A stretch of DNA of 64,000 bases, taken from assembly GCA_964016885.1 (NCBI GenBank), contig OZ024756.1, forward strand, positions 36,704,001 through 36,768,000, given 5' to 3'. Source of the stretch: Eledone cirrhosa. Its lineage: Eukaryota. The notes beneath the pieces were generated by a model. It was not told the DNA's origin. It saw only the letters and a program-made list of their open reading frames with translations, and did no database searches. Numbering within the stretch: position 1 is the stretch's first letter; the number at the start of each line of letters is the position of its first letter. Shown here one piece after another: positions 1-12,045 of this stretch. The translations under genes and the position numbers were made by a program.

Positions 1-79
1 ATTTTATAACAAACTAACAGAGGCACCCGGCGTTGCCCGGGAATGAAGTTGTTCCTTATATATTAGAAGAAAAAATCAG

Positions 80-550
80 TTTGTGGGAATGTATGTGTTT
101 GTGTGAAAATATGTGTATTTGTGTAAATGTATGTATGTGTTTGTGTGAAAGTATGTGTATTTGTGTGAATGTATGTATGAGTTTGTGTGAAAGTATGTGT
201 ATTTGTGTAAATGTATGTATGTGGTTGTGTGAAAGTATGTGTATTTGTGTAAATGTATGGATGTGGTTGTGTGAAAGTATGTGTATTTGTGTGAATGTAT
301 GCATGTGGTTGTGGGAATGTATGTGTATTTGTGCGAATGTATGTATGTGTTTGTGTGAAAGTATGTGTATTTGTGTAAATGTATGGATGTGGTTGTGTGA
401 AAGTATGTGTATTTGTGTGAATGTATGCATGTGGTCGTGGGAATGTATGTGTATTTGTGCGAATGTATGCATGTGGTTGTGTGAAAGTATGTGTATTTGT
501 GTGAATGTATGTATGTGTTTGTGTGAAAGTATGTGTATTTGTGTGAATAT
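80..550. repeat. 42-bp TG-rich minisatellite (about 11 units)
   Basis: Period visible as the 14-aa repeat in the ORF track; only about 2 units at 25910-26000 and about 4 at 21115-21272. Confidence 0.9.
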
Positions 551-1394
551 ATGAATTTTGGTGTGTCTGTGTTTGTGCGATTATAGTTATATACCCATAC
601 ATATAAATGTATGTATATCCAAAAGAACGTAAAAGGCGATAACTCTATGCCGCTAAGCATGTTGTCCAACGCTCTACTGATTTTACCAATCCACCGCCCT
701 ACCTTCCACCACAAAATAATAACGTTTTCTTTTGTTTTTGTTGTTTTCTCAAATATTTTCAGTAAAATACCTTCCCAACATGCCCTCTCAATCGACAAAA
801 CAAGAAAAAATTGTTAAAGATGTGAAAAATTACCACCAGAGGGAACCAGTGATACCAGATAGAGGTTGGGGGTGGGTGGTATGCTTTGCTGCAGCCTGTG
901 CCTATTTTATTGTTGTTAGTTTAACGAGTTCTATAGGAATATTTCTCGTTAGCCTCAAAAGAATCTTTTATGAGGAATCCGTGGGGAAACTGTCCTTAGT
1001 TGGAGCTCTGATAAGTGGACTTAGTTTACTTGCAGGTAAAGTTTCATGTTTTTACCTTTGTAATTTTTACTTATTTTCTTTTTACTGATGTCATTCATTG
1101 GAACAATTAAATGCTGGGCTGAAACCCACTGGGTCACTGGGTTAACTAGGTCAACTGGGTCAACTGAGTCAACTGAGTCAACACCTTCATGATTATATAT
1201 AGAGAGAGTATTTTAGCCTGATAGTGGGGTTTAGAGCCCTCTAAGAAATGGCAAAAGATGATTGACGTACATTCAAACTAGCTTGCTGTTTCATAAATAC
1301 TTATTTGTCATTATACTTGATCATATATATTCTCACACACGCAGACACACACACACCAAGTGTCATATGTTCTTATGTCAAGACCCTTCATTAC

Positions 1395-1675
1395 TAACAA
1401 GGGAGGTAATACAGTACCTTAAGTACAATACATTCTCATGTTGAGAGTCGTTAATATTGACAGGGGAGGTAATACAGTAACTAAGTAGGGTTTCTCATAT
1501 CTAGTCTTCAATATTGACAAGGGAGGTAATACAGTACCTTAATTATGGTTATCTCATGTCGAGTCTTCAATACTGACAAGGGAAGTAATACAGTACCTTA
1601 AGTTCGATACATTCTCATACCTAGAGTCTTCAACATTGACAAGGGAGGTAATACAGAGTCTTCTAACATTGTCAA
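1395..1675. repeat. ~60-bp minisatellite (ACAAGGGAGGTAATACAGTACCTTAAG...)
   Basis: About 5 units; paralogous arrays at 12340-12672 (reverse, about 6 units) and 32936-33215. Confidence 0.9.
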
Positions 1676-2082
1676 CGTTCTTTCAATACAATAATAAATC
1701 TATAAGAAACACTTATAAATCTCCCAATATATAAAATAATAAATAATTAAACATTAATCTACGGTATTTTCTATTAATTTTATGGCAAACTTTCAGCAAC
1801 AGATAATAAAGATGTCAAAGACGAATATATTACTAGACATGAAAAATGCGCAAGCTCAAAAGTGCCACAGAATGTTATAATAAACCTTCAAAAGTGTGGG
1901 ACTAGAGTTGTTGCTAAAAAATATTGTAATCATTATATATCGTACATTCTGTGGCATCCTTTATAAAAATAGCTTAAACCAACGAAGCCTTTATTTTTAC
2001 GCTATTTCACTTAGTTAATTCTTAGAGTGTAACATATAAAAATATGATTTACAACTATAAAATAAATTAATTAATATAATAA

Positions 2083-2170
2083 CAGAGCTGCGGAGCTGAA
2101 ATTTAGGAAATAATGGAGTATCGGATCCTGAGTTGGAGCCAGTCAATTTTTGGCCGACTCCGCAGCCCTG
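2083..2170. mobile_element. hAT-type MITE
   Basis: Ends CAGAGCTGCGGAG / CTCCGCAGCCCTG; 8-bp flanks TATAATAA / TATAATAC (7 of 8 TSD match). Confidence 0.7.
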
Positions 2171-3902
2171 TATAATACATTTCATATTAAAGTTATTAAT
2201 AAACCTATTTTACACTTCATGCAAATTACCACGAGATATTGATATTAGATATAAGATACAGCGCAATATCTACAACTGTAAAAGTACGAAAGCGAAGTAA
2301 TAATAAGTGGCTTAAGGTAATTCCAATATGAAAGTTTGTAGTGATAAAAATTTGATAATGCAATACGATTGTTAATATTATAGTTCTATGAAAATGTAAC
2401 AATAGATAACTAAATTATTTTACTATTAGTATATTTAAGAAATTATCATTATAGATTTGATCGTTCATATAAGCATCATATTAAGTTTCAACACAATTAT
2501 TTTGTTACTATGAGTATATGATAATAATATTACGTAATTATTTATAGCTGTTATTACATTAAACATAGATGTATTTATTTTTATATGTTACACTCTAAGA
2601 ATTAACTAAGTGAAATAGCGTAAAAATAAAGGCTTCGTTGGTTTAAGCTATTTTTATAAAGGATGCCACAGAATGTACGATATATAATGATTACAATATT
2701 TTTTAGCAACAACTCTAGTCCCACACTTTTGAAGGTTTATTATAACATTCTGTGGCACTTTTGAGCTTGCGCATTTTTCATGTCTAGTTTAATATTTTTT
2801 TAAGGCAACGCTTGTAATAACTCTAGTTAAACAGGATATATATTAATAATAAATTATCGTTGTAATGTAATTAGATTATGTAATTGTTATTATAAATTAT
2901 CTTATAAATATTAGTGTAAGATGTATAAAAATATTTTCAGACTTTTAATATAAACAACTACAAAAAACAATCAATATTAAATCAATATATTATACATAAT
3001 AGAAAACATAAAATATACAATACAAAAACAAAATATTTACATACAATTGCAATTATCAGTGTATATACATTTTCTTTATATTCCCTGAGCAAATTAATAA
3101 GATTTGTTTTTATTGTACATAATTTGATGACTTGTTGGAGTGTATTAAAAGATAGCAACAATTTGTGATTAAATTGTTATCTTAAGCAACTCACTTTTTA
3201 ATAGTTGTTGGCTGAGCGAAATTGTAAAAGCCTATGAGCAAATATAAAAAAAAATACACAAACAACATTTCCTTGTGTTATTACAACATTAGATAAAATA
3301 ATTGAGCAATGTCGTTATATTTTGCTCTTATTGCACATTAATAGTGTTTCTATTTTTCGGCACAAATCCATTACGGCAGTCCATTACTGGTACTTTATTT
3401 TATCGAATTAGTAAGTATGAAAGTCGAAGTTAACCTCGGCAGGATTTGAACTTAGAATGCAAAGGACCATAACAATACTGCAAAGCATGGTGTCTGACGC
3501 TCTACCAATACTTGTGTTGAGCTGGTCATTAATTTATGGTGGTCGTGCGTGGAGTAGAGCAATCGCTAGTTGAAATATTATGAACAAAACATTTTTATTT
3601 GCCGAAGAACATATTTTCAATACTGTTTGTGAATGTGACGAAGGAAATACATTCTGATATGGAACAGTGTACAAAGTGTGTCTGTGAATAACATAATGTT
3701 ACCTCATGTTGTTGTCAAGCCATAATGGATTTCGTATATCCAGTTAGAAGATGAAACCTAGCCATCTCGGATTAGTTATACTTCATGCCATGTGTAAACG
3801 TGTTTGAGGATAGCAAAATATGCGCGTTAATTATAATAATTAGTTAATAATATTACAAAATATACCTAATTAAACTCTTTGCTTGAAATTTTATCATTCT
3901 TC

Positions 3903-3968
<66 letters not shown>

Positions 3969-5500
3969 TTATCTAGTCCTTCGCTCAAGATTAATCTATA
4001 AGTTTAGATGTTTGCCTTCGTTTAAGTAAATATTACAGTAAGATTTTTAATATAAACAACTACAAAAAACAATTAATATTAAAACGAAAAAATTATCAAT
4101 GATAAAAGAAGCGGATGCAACTTTTTTTTTTATAAAGTTATATTCCTGTTTCTTTAAAGAACATTTCATTTTTGTTCTATTGTAGGCGAAATAATGCAAT
4201 GGTTTAATAGGGAAGATATAACTTACGAATTATGTCTCTAACCGTGTAACGCTTTTTAAGTAGATAACTACAATTGAAAATACTAAAGAAATGGAACCAA
4301 CAATTCAATTTGAAAGTCGTCTAGTGACAGTGTATTTCTGGTACTTTATTTTATCGACCCCGTAACGATGAAAGGCAAAAATGCAAATGCTTAAAATTTA
4401 AATTGCCTTAATTCTATCGTCTGCTGTTTCATTAAAGGGAGATTCTCGTCTGTATTTAATTCTATCGTCTACTGTTCCACTAAACAGATATACCTCCACT
4501 ATCGTCTCTATTTATACATTTTAACTTATAACTTATACACATTTGATTTGAAATATTTTATCTAGTCCCCCCTCTCAATATTATGATGATTTCTTTCGAA
4601 TAAAACAGTTCTAGTCCTGTAGAAGCCATTTATATATATAATTGAACTGAGTTAAAAATTCACAATATTTATAATTAAATAAGCTCATATATATATGTGT
4701 GTATTTATCTGTTTATTGTATTATATATAATGTGTGTATATACAGGATGTCCCCCAAAAATATATACACACTTCAACAGCATTCTAATAACTATTGCCTG
4801 TACAGGTAATCAAAGTGTCAATCGAATGTTAGTTTCGTGTTTTAACAGTACAAATTTACAATACACACATAAAACCAGTGTATATACATACATGAGTGTG
4901 TATACACATACATGAATGTGTATATACAATATATATGTATATATATATAGACACATATATTCACGGTGCAACGGTACATTAAAATATAGATGCGGGAGAG
5001 GGGGGTGTATATATAGGGGCGCTGGGGATAAAGGAGTGTAAAGCGTGTGTAATTGATATATTGAAGGAGAGGAGCGTGCAGCGATAGAGTAACAAATATA
5101 TAGAGAGGGGGAGAGATGGTATTGAAGGGGAGGAGTGCAAAGCGAAAGAGTAAGAGATATATATAGAGACGGAACAGATAGAGAGAAACAGGCGTAAGTA
5201 ACAGTGGAAGAGATATAGAGAGAGGTACTCTGATTGGTTGAAAATTAGCCAATGACATACGATCACCACCACCACGGCTATCCCCGAAAAATTTTTATAG
5301 AAGCTAAGCATATATGTTAGATAGAACACGAAAAGTGAACATTCTGTTGTTTCACACTTTTCGTGTTCTAACAGATAGAGAACGAGAAAGTCAACAGAAG
5401 TTCAGTTATAAAACGTTTTTTAAATATAATTGGTCTTGAGCTTTTTAGACAACCTAAATTTGTATCATTGCTGATCTCCTACACTTTGTGGGCGTGTGAG

Positions 5501-5536
<36 letters not shown>

Positions 5537-5570
5537 GTACATACATACATGTATGTATGAATACATATAT

Positions 5571-5614
<44 letters not shown>

Positions 5615-5931
5615 GTAGCAGGTGAGTTTTATTGTAGCACAATAAAACAATGCAAATGGCGGATAAGTAGCACTCTACAGTTTGTAGGACGGGAGTATAA
5701 ATAATATAAGATCAAAAGATGGTTAAAAGAGTTCCAAGTATTTTATTATGCGCATTTCAAAAACAAATATCATCATGGGATGATATCTGCGTTCTCATCA
5801 GATAAAATGGGGAGACATGATATGAAGCTTAAAAAACACTTGTGAATAGTTTTAAATCAAATTAATGTTGATTTAAAACTTCACTATTCACGAGTGTTTT
5901 TTAAGCTTCATATCATGTATCCCTATTTTAT

Positions 5932-5976
5932 CTGATGAAAACGCAGATATCATCTCATGATATTTGTTTTTGAAAT
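5932..5976 (+). ncRNA. Hammerhead ribozyme core within a palindrome
   Basis: CTGATGA-AAACGCAGATATCAT-CTC-ATGATATTTGTTTTT-GAAA-TGCGC-ATAATAAA; inverted twin at about 5755-5801. Confidence 0.6.
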
Positions 5977-6019
5977 GCGCATAATAAAATACTTGGAACA
6001 CTTTTAACCATCTTTTGAT

Positions 6020-6070
<51 letters not shown>

Positions 6071-6107
6071 TTATATATATTGTTATACTTTGGGAGGGTC
6101 ATGTTGC

Positions 6108-6144
<37 letters not shown>

Positions 6145-6351
6145 TTGGAATAGAAGACTTTATTAGATTAGATGTTAAGAAATTGGAAGTTCTTATTGAC
6201 AATCTGTTTCCATGGATTAAAAAAGGAACATTATCTAGTTCAAAACACCAATGTAGAAACGGAGATTACAACGAGTCTTTTAGTAGTACTACACCCAAAT
6301 ACCAACCTTTCATAAAAGTTTTAAATATTTTATTTAAGATATTTTCAGTAG

Positions 6352-8616
6352 AAAGATCTTGAAAATTGCCAAAAACAACCAGTGATACCAGATGGCGGTT
6401 GGGGTTGGGTCGTATGTTTTGCTGCAGCCTCTGTTTGTTTCACAGTAATTGGATTGACAGGTTCTTCTGGAATCTCCCTTCTTGGACTCAGAAAAATCTT
6501 TGATGAGCTAGTATCAAAGTTGTCTTTGATCGGAACCTTGCTTGGAGGCCTCAGTATGCTTGCAGGTAAATCAAATAAATTTTCTAATCCTACCCCATGC
6601 TTTCAAAACAGTATCTTGCCCCGCTTTAAAGCTATTTCAGGGTTTGAGGTTTCTTCAATTTTATGAAAATATATTTTTGTGTTATCTATTGCTACCACGA
6701 AATATCTCTTTATTCAATGTTTCCCGCAATATTTCTCATGATACTCTTTTGTGGGTGAGTTAGGAAAGTGATTTGAATTTTATTGCCTTCACTGGAAAGA
6801 GAACAATAATCAGATTAGACCTAAACACTTTAAGTTATATAGATGGCACCATATAGTTATTCTCTGGTCAGTGAGTTACAAAAGTGGGGTAAATTTTATT
6901 GTCATGACATTATACTAAATCAATAATAAGATCGAACCTAGAAATCTTAAGCTGTATTGATTATTCTTTATCACATTATATCTTCAGCTCCAGTTGCCAG
7001 TATTTTGTTGGCTTATTTTAGTCATAGGACAGTGTTGATATTATCAGGACTTATTGGATTCACAGGAGCCATTTTGGGAGTATTTTCTACCAGTAGTGAT
7101 ATGATGATAGCTACATATGGGGTTATTACAGGTAAGATATCGTTCAAACTTACAGAAAATACATTACATTTATCATTTAATATCATAATATATTTGACAT
7201 TACCTTATATGTGATATATATCTTGTAATATCATTACATATCTAACGTACGACATTTAATATTATGACAGATATACTACAGTTTATAACAGACGACAATA
7301 AATATTCTCAAATATCACAATGAATATTGCTAATACATTATAAATACTAGCAGAAAAACCGCCCCACGATCGGTTTTCTGCTAGTATATATAATCTGCAT
7401 ATTGATATTATACGTAAATATACATAAATATAGATATGACAGGTAAATTGAGAAGTAATTTGACAATATGCTCATAAATTGAAGAGAGACTGTGTTATAC
7501 TTTCTTCTGTAATCAGTAAAGTAATCCATGAAACATTTAAAAAAGACGATATGTCTGTCGGTGTGTCTTTCATGTTTGTGTAAATATGTTATCCCTACGG
7601 TGAAATCTTAGAAATAAATATATATTAAAACGAAAAACGAGAAAATGAAATTAGAGACGGAAATATACAGGTTATGATATAATGAAATCTAACGGAAGTT
7701 GACATTTGAAAGTTTTAACAGAAGTGAATCTTGAAATAAGCAATACATTATATATAAAACGATTTATGTTTTATCAAGAGATTAGAAATTTATTAGATAA
7801 ATTACATAATATTCATTCATGATTTATTCAAAGTAATCCATCATATTTCATTAACGTGATGTAAAATAATAAACTGGACACAGTATCGCAGTTCTCCAAT
7901 CATTATATATAAAGTGATTTTTTGTTTTGCAGGTGTGTCGCTTGGAATGTCCTTCTTCACTGCGCCAATTATCGCAGGACAGTATTTTGACAAGAAACGT
8001 GCCTTAGCAATAGCAATAGCTAATTCTGGTGGAGGAGTGGGGACATTAGTAGGCAACATATTAGTTTAATATCTCAGAATTTTACGGACTGAGAGGGACC
8101 TTACTCCTTATATCAGGAGGGCTTCACAATATAGTTGTTTTTGGATCACTTTGTCGACCTCTGAAATATGTCTATAAAGAGGTAGAACATAAAGAAGATA
8201 TAGGTAAGTTTGTTACAATATCAAATGATATTATTGTTGAACAATATTCCAGTTTCCTTGTCTGTTGATCTGTCATTCACTACATTACTGTAACATATTC
8301 CTAATTATTTACAATGTCAAACAATTTGATTGTTAAAAGAACCAGTTATTAATTTAAAAAGCTAACACATCTTTTTATGTATATATAAATGTGTATATAT
8401 GTATAATGGTGTGAATTGTTTTGTTTAAAATGTGAGTAGAGAGACAAATAGTAATATTCTTAATAAAAATTGTGGACATTTCTACTTTGAGCTTTAACAG
8501 ACGACACAATCGAAAACTCTGTGACAGACGATGTAAAATCAGACGACACAGAAAATAATAAACAAGAAGGAATAGTAAACGAGACGTTTGTTATGTCAGA
8601 AGATAGATATAATACG
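6352..8616 (+). pseudogene. SLC16 copy B, diverged paralog pseudogene (exons 1-4 only)
   Basis: Exons 6352-6565, 6988-7131, 7933-8203, 8501-8616. Exon 3 has an in-frame TAA at 8067-8069 and is 271 nt rather than 273 (2-nt deletion near 8076). The copy is cut off near 8692 by the 3' flank of copy C. Confidence 0.85.
7347..7850 (-). mobile_element. Diverged copy of the same Helitron family
   Basis: Terminal CTAG hairpin at 7347-7384; internal blocks match 16305-16340 and 16520-16690 in reverse. Confidence 0.65.
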
Positions 8617-8884
8617 GTGAGATTTGATTATTTATAGTGCTAACTATATTACTAGGGTATCAGTTATTAATTTATATTTTTAAAATAATTAAAAGTTAAA
8701 GTCTCAGTAACAATAGCTAAAATAATTATTATGGAAATAATTCTGGATATTATTTTGGAAAAATTTTTAGAAATATTTTTTGGAAATATTTTTTGAAAAT
8801 ATTTTTGGAAATATTATTTTTGAAATATTTTTTGGAAATATTTTTTGGAAGTATTTGGAAATATTTTTTACAGAAATATTTTTG

Positions 8885-8997
8885 TTAAGGTTTACCACGA
8901 CAAATAGTTAAGAAAAATAATATAAAAGCAATCAGTAAAAAGATTCCACATCCATAAAAAACAAACCGAAAGGATCCTGTGAGGTCGAAAATCAGTC
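8885..8997 (-). CDS. SLC16 copy C last exon
   Basis: GLIFDLTGSFRFVFYGCGIFLLIAFILFFLTICRGKP-stop. Confidence 0.85.
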
Positions 8998-10160
8998 CTG
9001 AAATTACAAACATCCTTTAATATATTATTGTTTACTATATATTTCGTTTAAATACATTGACATTTCTAAGTCTTATAACTTTCAACGATTGATTGTCAAG
9101 AAGTCATCGTAGATAAAGATTGGTTGAATCAAAGTTAACGACTTTTCTATATAGCAGGTATTTATTTTATGTAGCACACATAAACAAAAGACTAGATGTT
9201 TAAACTCAGAAAATAGATATAAGTACAGTTTTTTAATTATAAGCTTCACAGTTAAAGTAATGGTTTCTGATATAGCATAATATTTTGGGGTCACTGGTGC
9301 TTTATTTTAAATACCCCGTAGGGATAGAAGGCAAAGCTAACCACGGCGAGTTTTGAATTCAGAACGTAAAGGACGTAACTTTATATCTGAAGGCAGGGTG
9401 TCCGACGCTCTACCGATTCTGCTAATAAAATAATTGTTTTTACTTTTGGCACAAGGCCAGCAATTACCCCAGTGCATTACTGGTGCTTCATTTTATCGAC
9501 TACGTAAGGATGAAAGGCAAAGCTAACCTCGGCGGGATTTAAACTCAGAAGGTAAAGGTACGTAACTCTGTGCATGGTGTCTGACTCTCTACCGATACTG
9601 CCAATCCAAAATGATGAAGTGTAAACATTCTTTCTTTATTCCCTCTGTATTGAGGAAAACATAAAAGATACATTTTATACTTTTCAGAGATTTTTGTCTC
9701 TTCATCAGAAGCTAATTGCTCCTATGATTCTAATTTCTAAGCCAGACAAAAACAGAAGAATCGGCAAATATCTAAGTCCAGAGTTTACTGAGCTTTTCAT
9801 TCCTCATTATGTGAGATGCCTATTGAGGAATAACTTTGAAAAACTTACCAAAAATAGGAGGAGAAACGAAATATGTTAATCCGTTGAAGACACTTACAAC
9901 ACTGTATGCTTTTGTGGAATGTTCCAGACCAACAATTTCTGTTGTGAGTATGAGTTTCAGTGGTAGAGAAAACCCTGAAATATATAACAGAGAAATGACA
10001 TTAATTTATGTCAGCTAATAGTTAACTGGTTCAATCGTGAGTTTTGACTATGAAAATTGGGCAGAGTTCATAGAGAATGAAAAATGCGAACGACATTACA
10101 CCAAATCGGAGCTGACAAATTTTCCCCACTATTGTAAGCCCTAACTATCTGTCAGTGGAT

Positions 10161-10198
<38 letters not shown>

Positions 10199-11415
10199 TC
10201 ACTCACTCACTCACTCACTCACTCACTCACTCACTCACTCACTCACTCACTCACTCACTCACTCACTCACAAACACACACACTTTTATAAAAGCCAAACT
10301 CTCTTCAATTCGACTTTCGTGTCAACCCTTACCTATGGTCATGAATCTTGGATAATGACGGAAAGAATACGATCAAGAATAAAAGCGGCCGAAATGGGGT
10401 TCCTCGGAAGGGTCTTTAACGAAGGGTCTGTAACGTTACTCGATAAAGTACATAGCTTGGAGATGGCAGAGTTAATCCAGGTAGAGCCACTACGTCTCCG
10501 AATTGAGAGAACACAGCTCCGATACTATGGACATGTGGTTAGAATGTCTCAGGAAAGATTCGCTGGACAGATTTTACGAGCAAAATCAACCGACAAGAGA
10601 CCCTGGGGTAGACTCTGGGGTAGACTCTGGGGTAGACCCTGGGGTAGACCCTGGGGTAGACTCTGGGGTAGACCCCGAGCAAGAGAGTTGGATAACATCC
10701 ATGTGCTTGGCTGGTAACGCTTGGTAATCCAGCCGGGTCAGTTGGAGATGGTAGCTTCTGACAGGAACCGCTGGTGGGTGTGTTTGAGTACCCTGCCCCC
10801 ACGTCTCCCTGAAGAAGAAGAAGAAGAAGAAGAAGAAGAAGAAGAAGAAAACTTAATTTAGAAACTTACCGACTGCAACTCCATACACACACACCACAGG
10901 GGCCATGTATTCGAAAGTATTACAGTGAGGCATCAGCATAGCAGTTGCAGCAATTACCAACAGAGATAAGCTGAACATCATCTTGCTACTAAAGTGAAGT
11001 ACATCAATAATTACACCAAGTACGAAATTACCAAATGTTGAAAACAACCCTACAAGTAGTAGCAGGAGGGCAGATCTCTGTTCGCTCATTCCAAACGACC
11101 AAACACACATAGGAGGAATATAGGAGTACATTGTGTTACAGTCTGAAATTTAAAAAAAAATTACATATATATATATCAATAATATTAATGGAAAATATCT
11201 TTATAAAACCATATTTATTTTATTATACGTATTTCAAGGGTACTGAAATATTAGTACCCTTGAAACACGTAAATAAAATAAATATGGTTTTATAAAGATA
11301 TTTTCCATTTATTAATATTATTGATATTAATGATACTCTTGATAAATCTCGTTGAGTGCTTCTAATCTGTTGTAAATTAACTTTGTTGAATAATCAACAA
11401 ACTAAATAACTCATT

Positions 11416-11450
<35 letters not shown>

Positions 11451-12013
11451 CTATAATAAAGGAAGGTCTGCGGGACTGCGTACGGTTTATTTTCTTTTTA
11501 TCCCGATTTTAAAATAAGTTGGATTACTTTGAATAAATAATGAATGAATATTACATAATTCATCTACTAAATTTCGTAAACAAAATTAATTTCGTAAAAA
11601 TAAATAATTTAAAATTGACTTCTTTTCAAAGTTGCACTTCCGGTATATCGTTACCACCACCACCACTTCAACTACCATATATATATATATATATAGAAAC
11701 AGAGAGTGTGTGATGTTAACACTTCCGGTGGCGATCGCTTAAATAAACATGCTATTTTTCTGTCACGAATTCTCTCCTAATGCAGTTTATATATATCGTC
11801 TTTTTTTAATGTATCATGGATTACGTTACTGATTACATAAGACAATGTAACACAGTCTTCTTTCAATTTCTGTGTATATTGTCAATTACGATTTTATTTG
11901 ATCATATCTACATGTATATATACTTGCGTATAATATCAATATACACACTGCACATGCTAGCAGAAAACCACTCGAAGGGTGGTTTTTCTGTTAGTGTATA
12001 TATATATATGGAA

Positions 12014-12045
<32 letters not shown>

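Larger units (their letters stand above)
763..5495 (+). pseudogene. SLC16 copy A, rearranged pseudogene
   Basis: Exon 1 (ATG 780 to 1035) is nearly identical to copy D. At about 1323 the sequence jumps from D intron 1 (26775) to D intron 4 (32865), deleting exons 2-4. The exon 5 acceptor is mutated (tttag to tttat at 1783), and exon 5 is split into 1784-1832 and 5376-5495 by a 3.5 kb insertion. Confidence 0.85.

Noticed and set aside
33-602. Cys/Met-rich and His/Thr-rich ORFs
   Set aside because: Translations of a 42-bp TG-rich minisatellite whose copy number differs among paralogs
1395-1675. CRISPR-like regular repeats (also 12340-12672, 32936-33215, 44051-45452)
   Set aside because: Intervening sequences are homologous to each other, there are no unique spacers or cas genes, and the context is eukaryotic intron or intergenic DNA
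4962-5300. CACGGTG start suggesting a Transib/Chapaev terminus
   Set aside because: No matching inverted end or TSD found
8067-8069. Rescue of the copy B stop codon by A-to-I editing
   Set aside because: A 2-nt frameshift follows within 10 nt and exons 5-8 are missing
9082-9294. Identical 70-aa ORF in both duplicates (also 41221-41433)
   Set aside because: GTG start inside the last intron; identity reflects recent duplication
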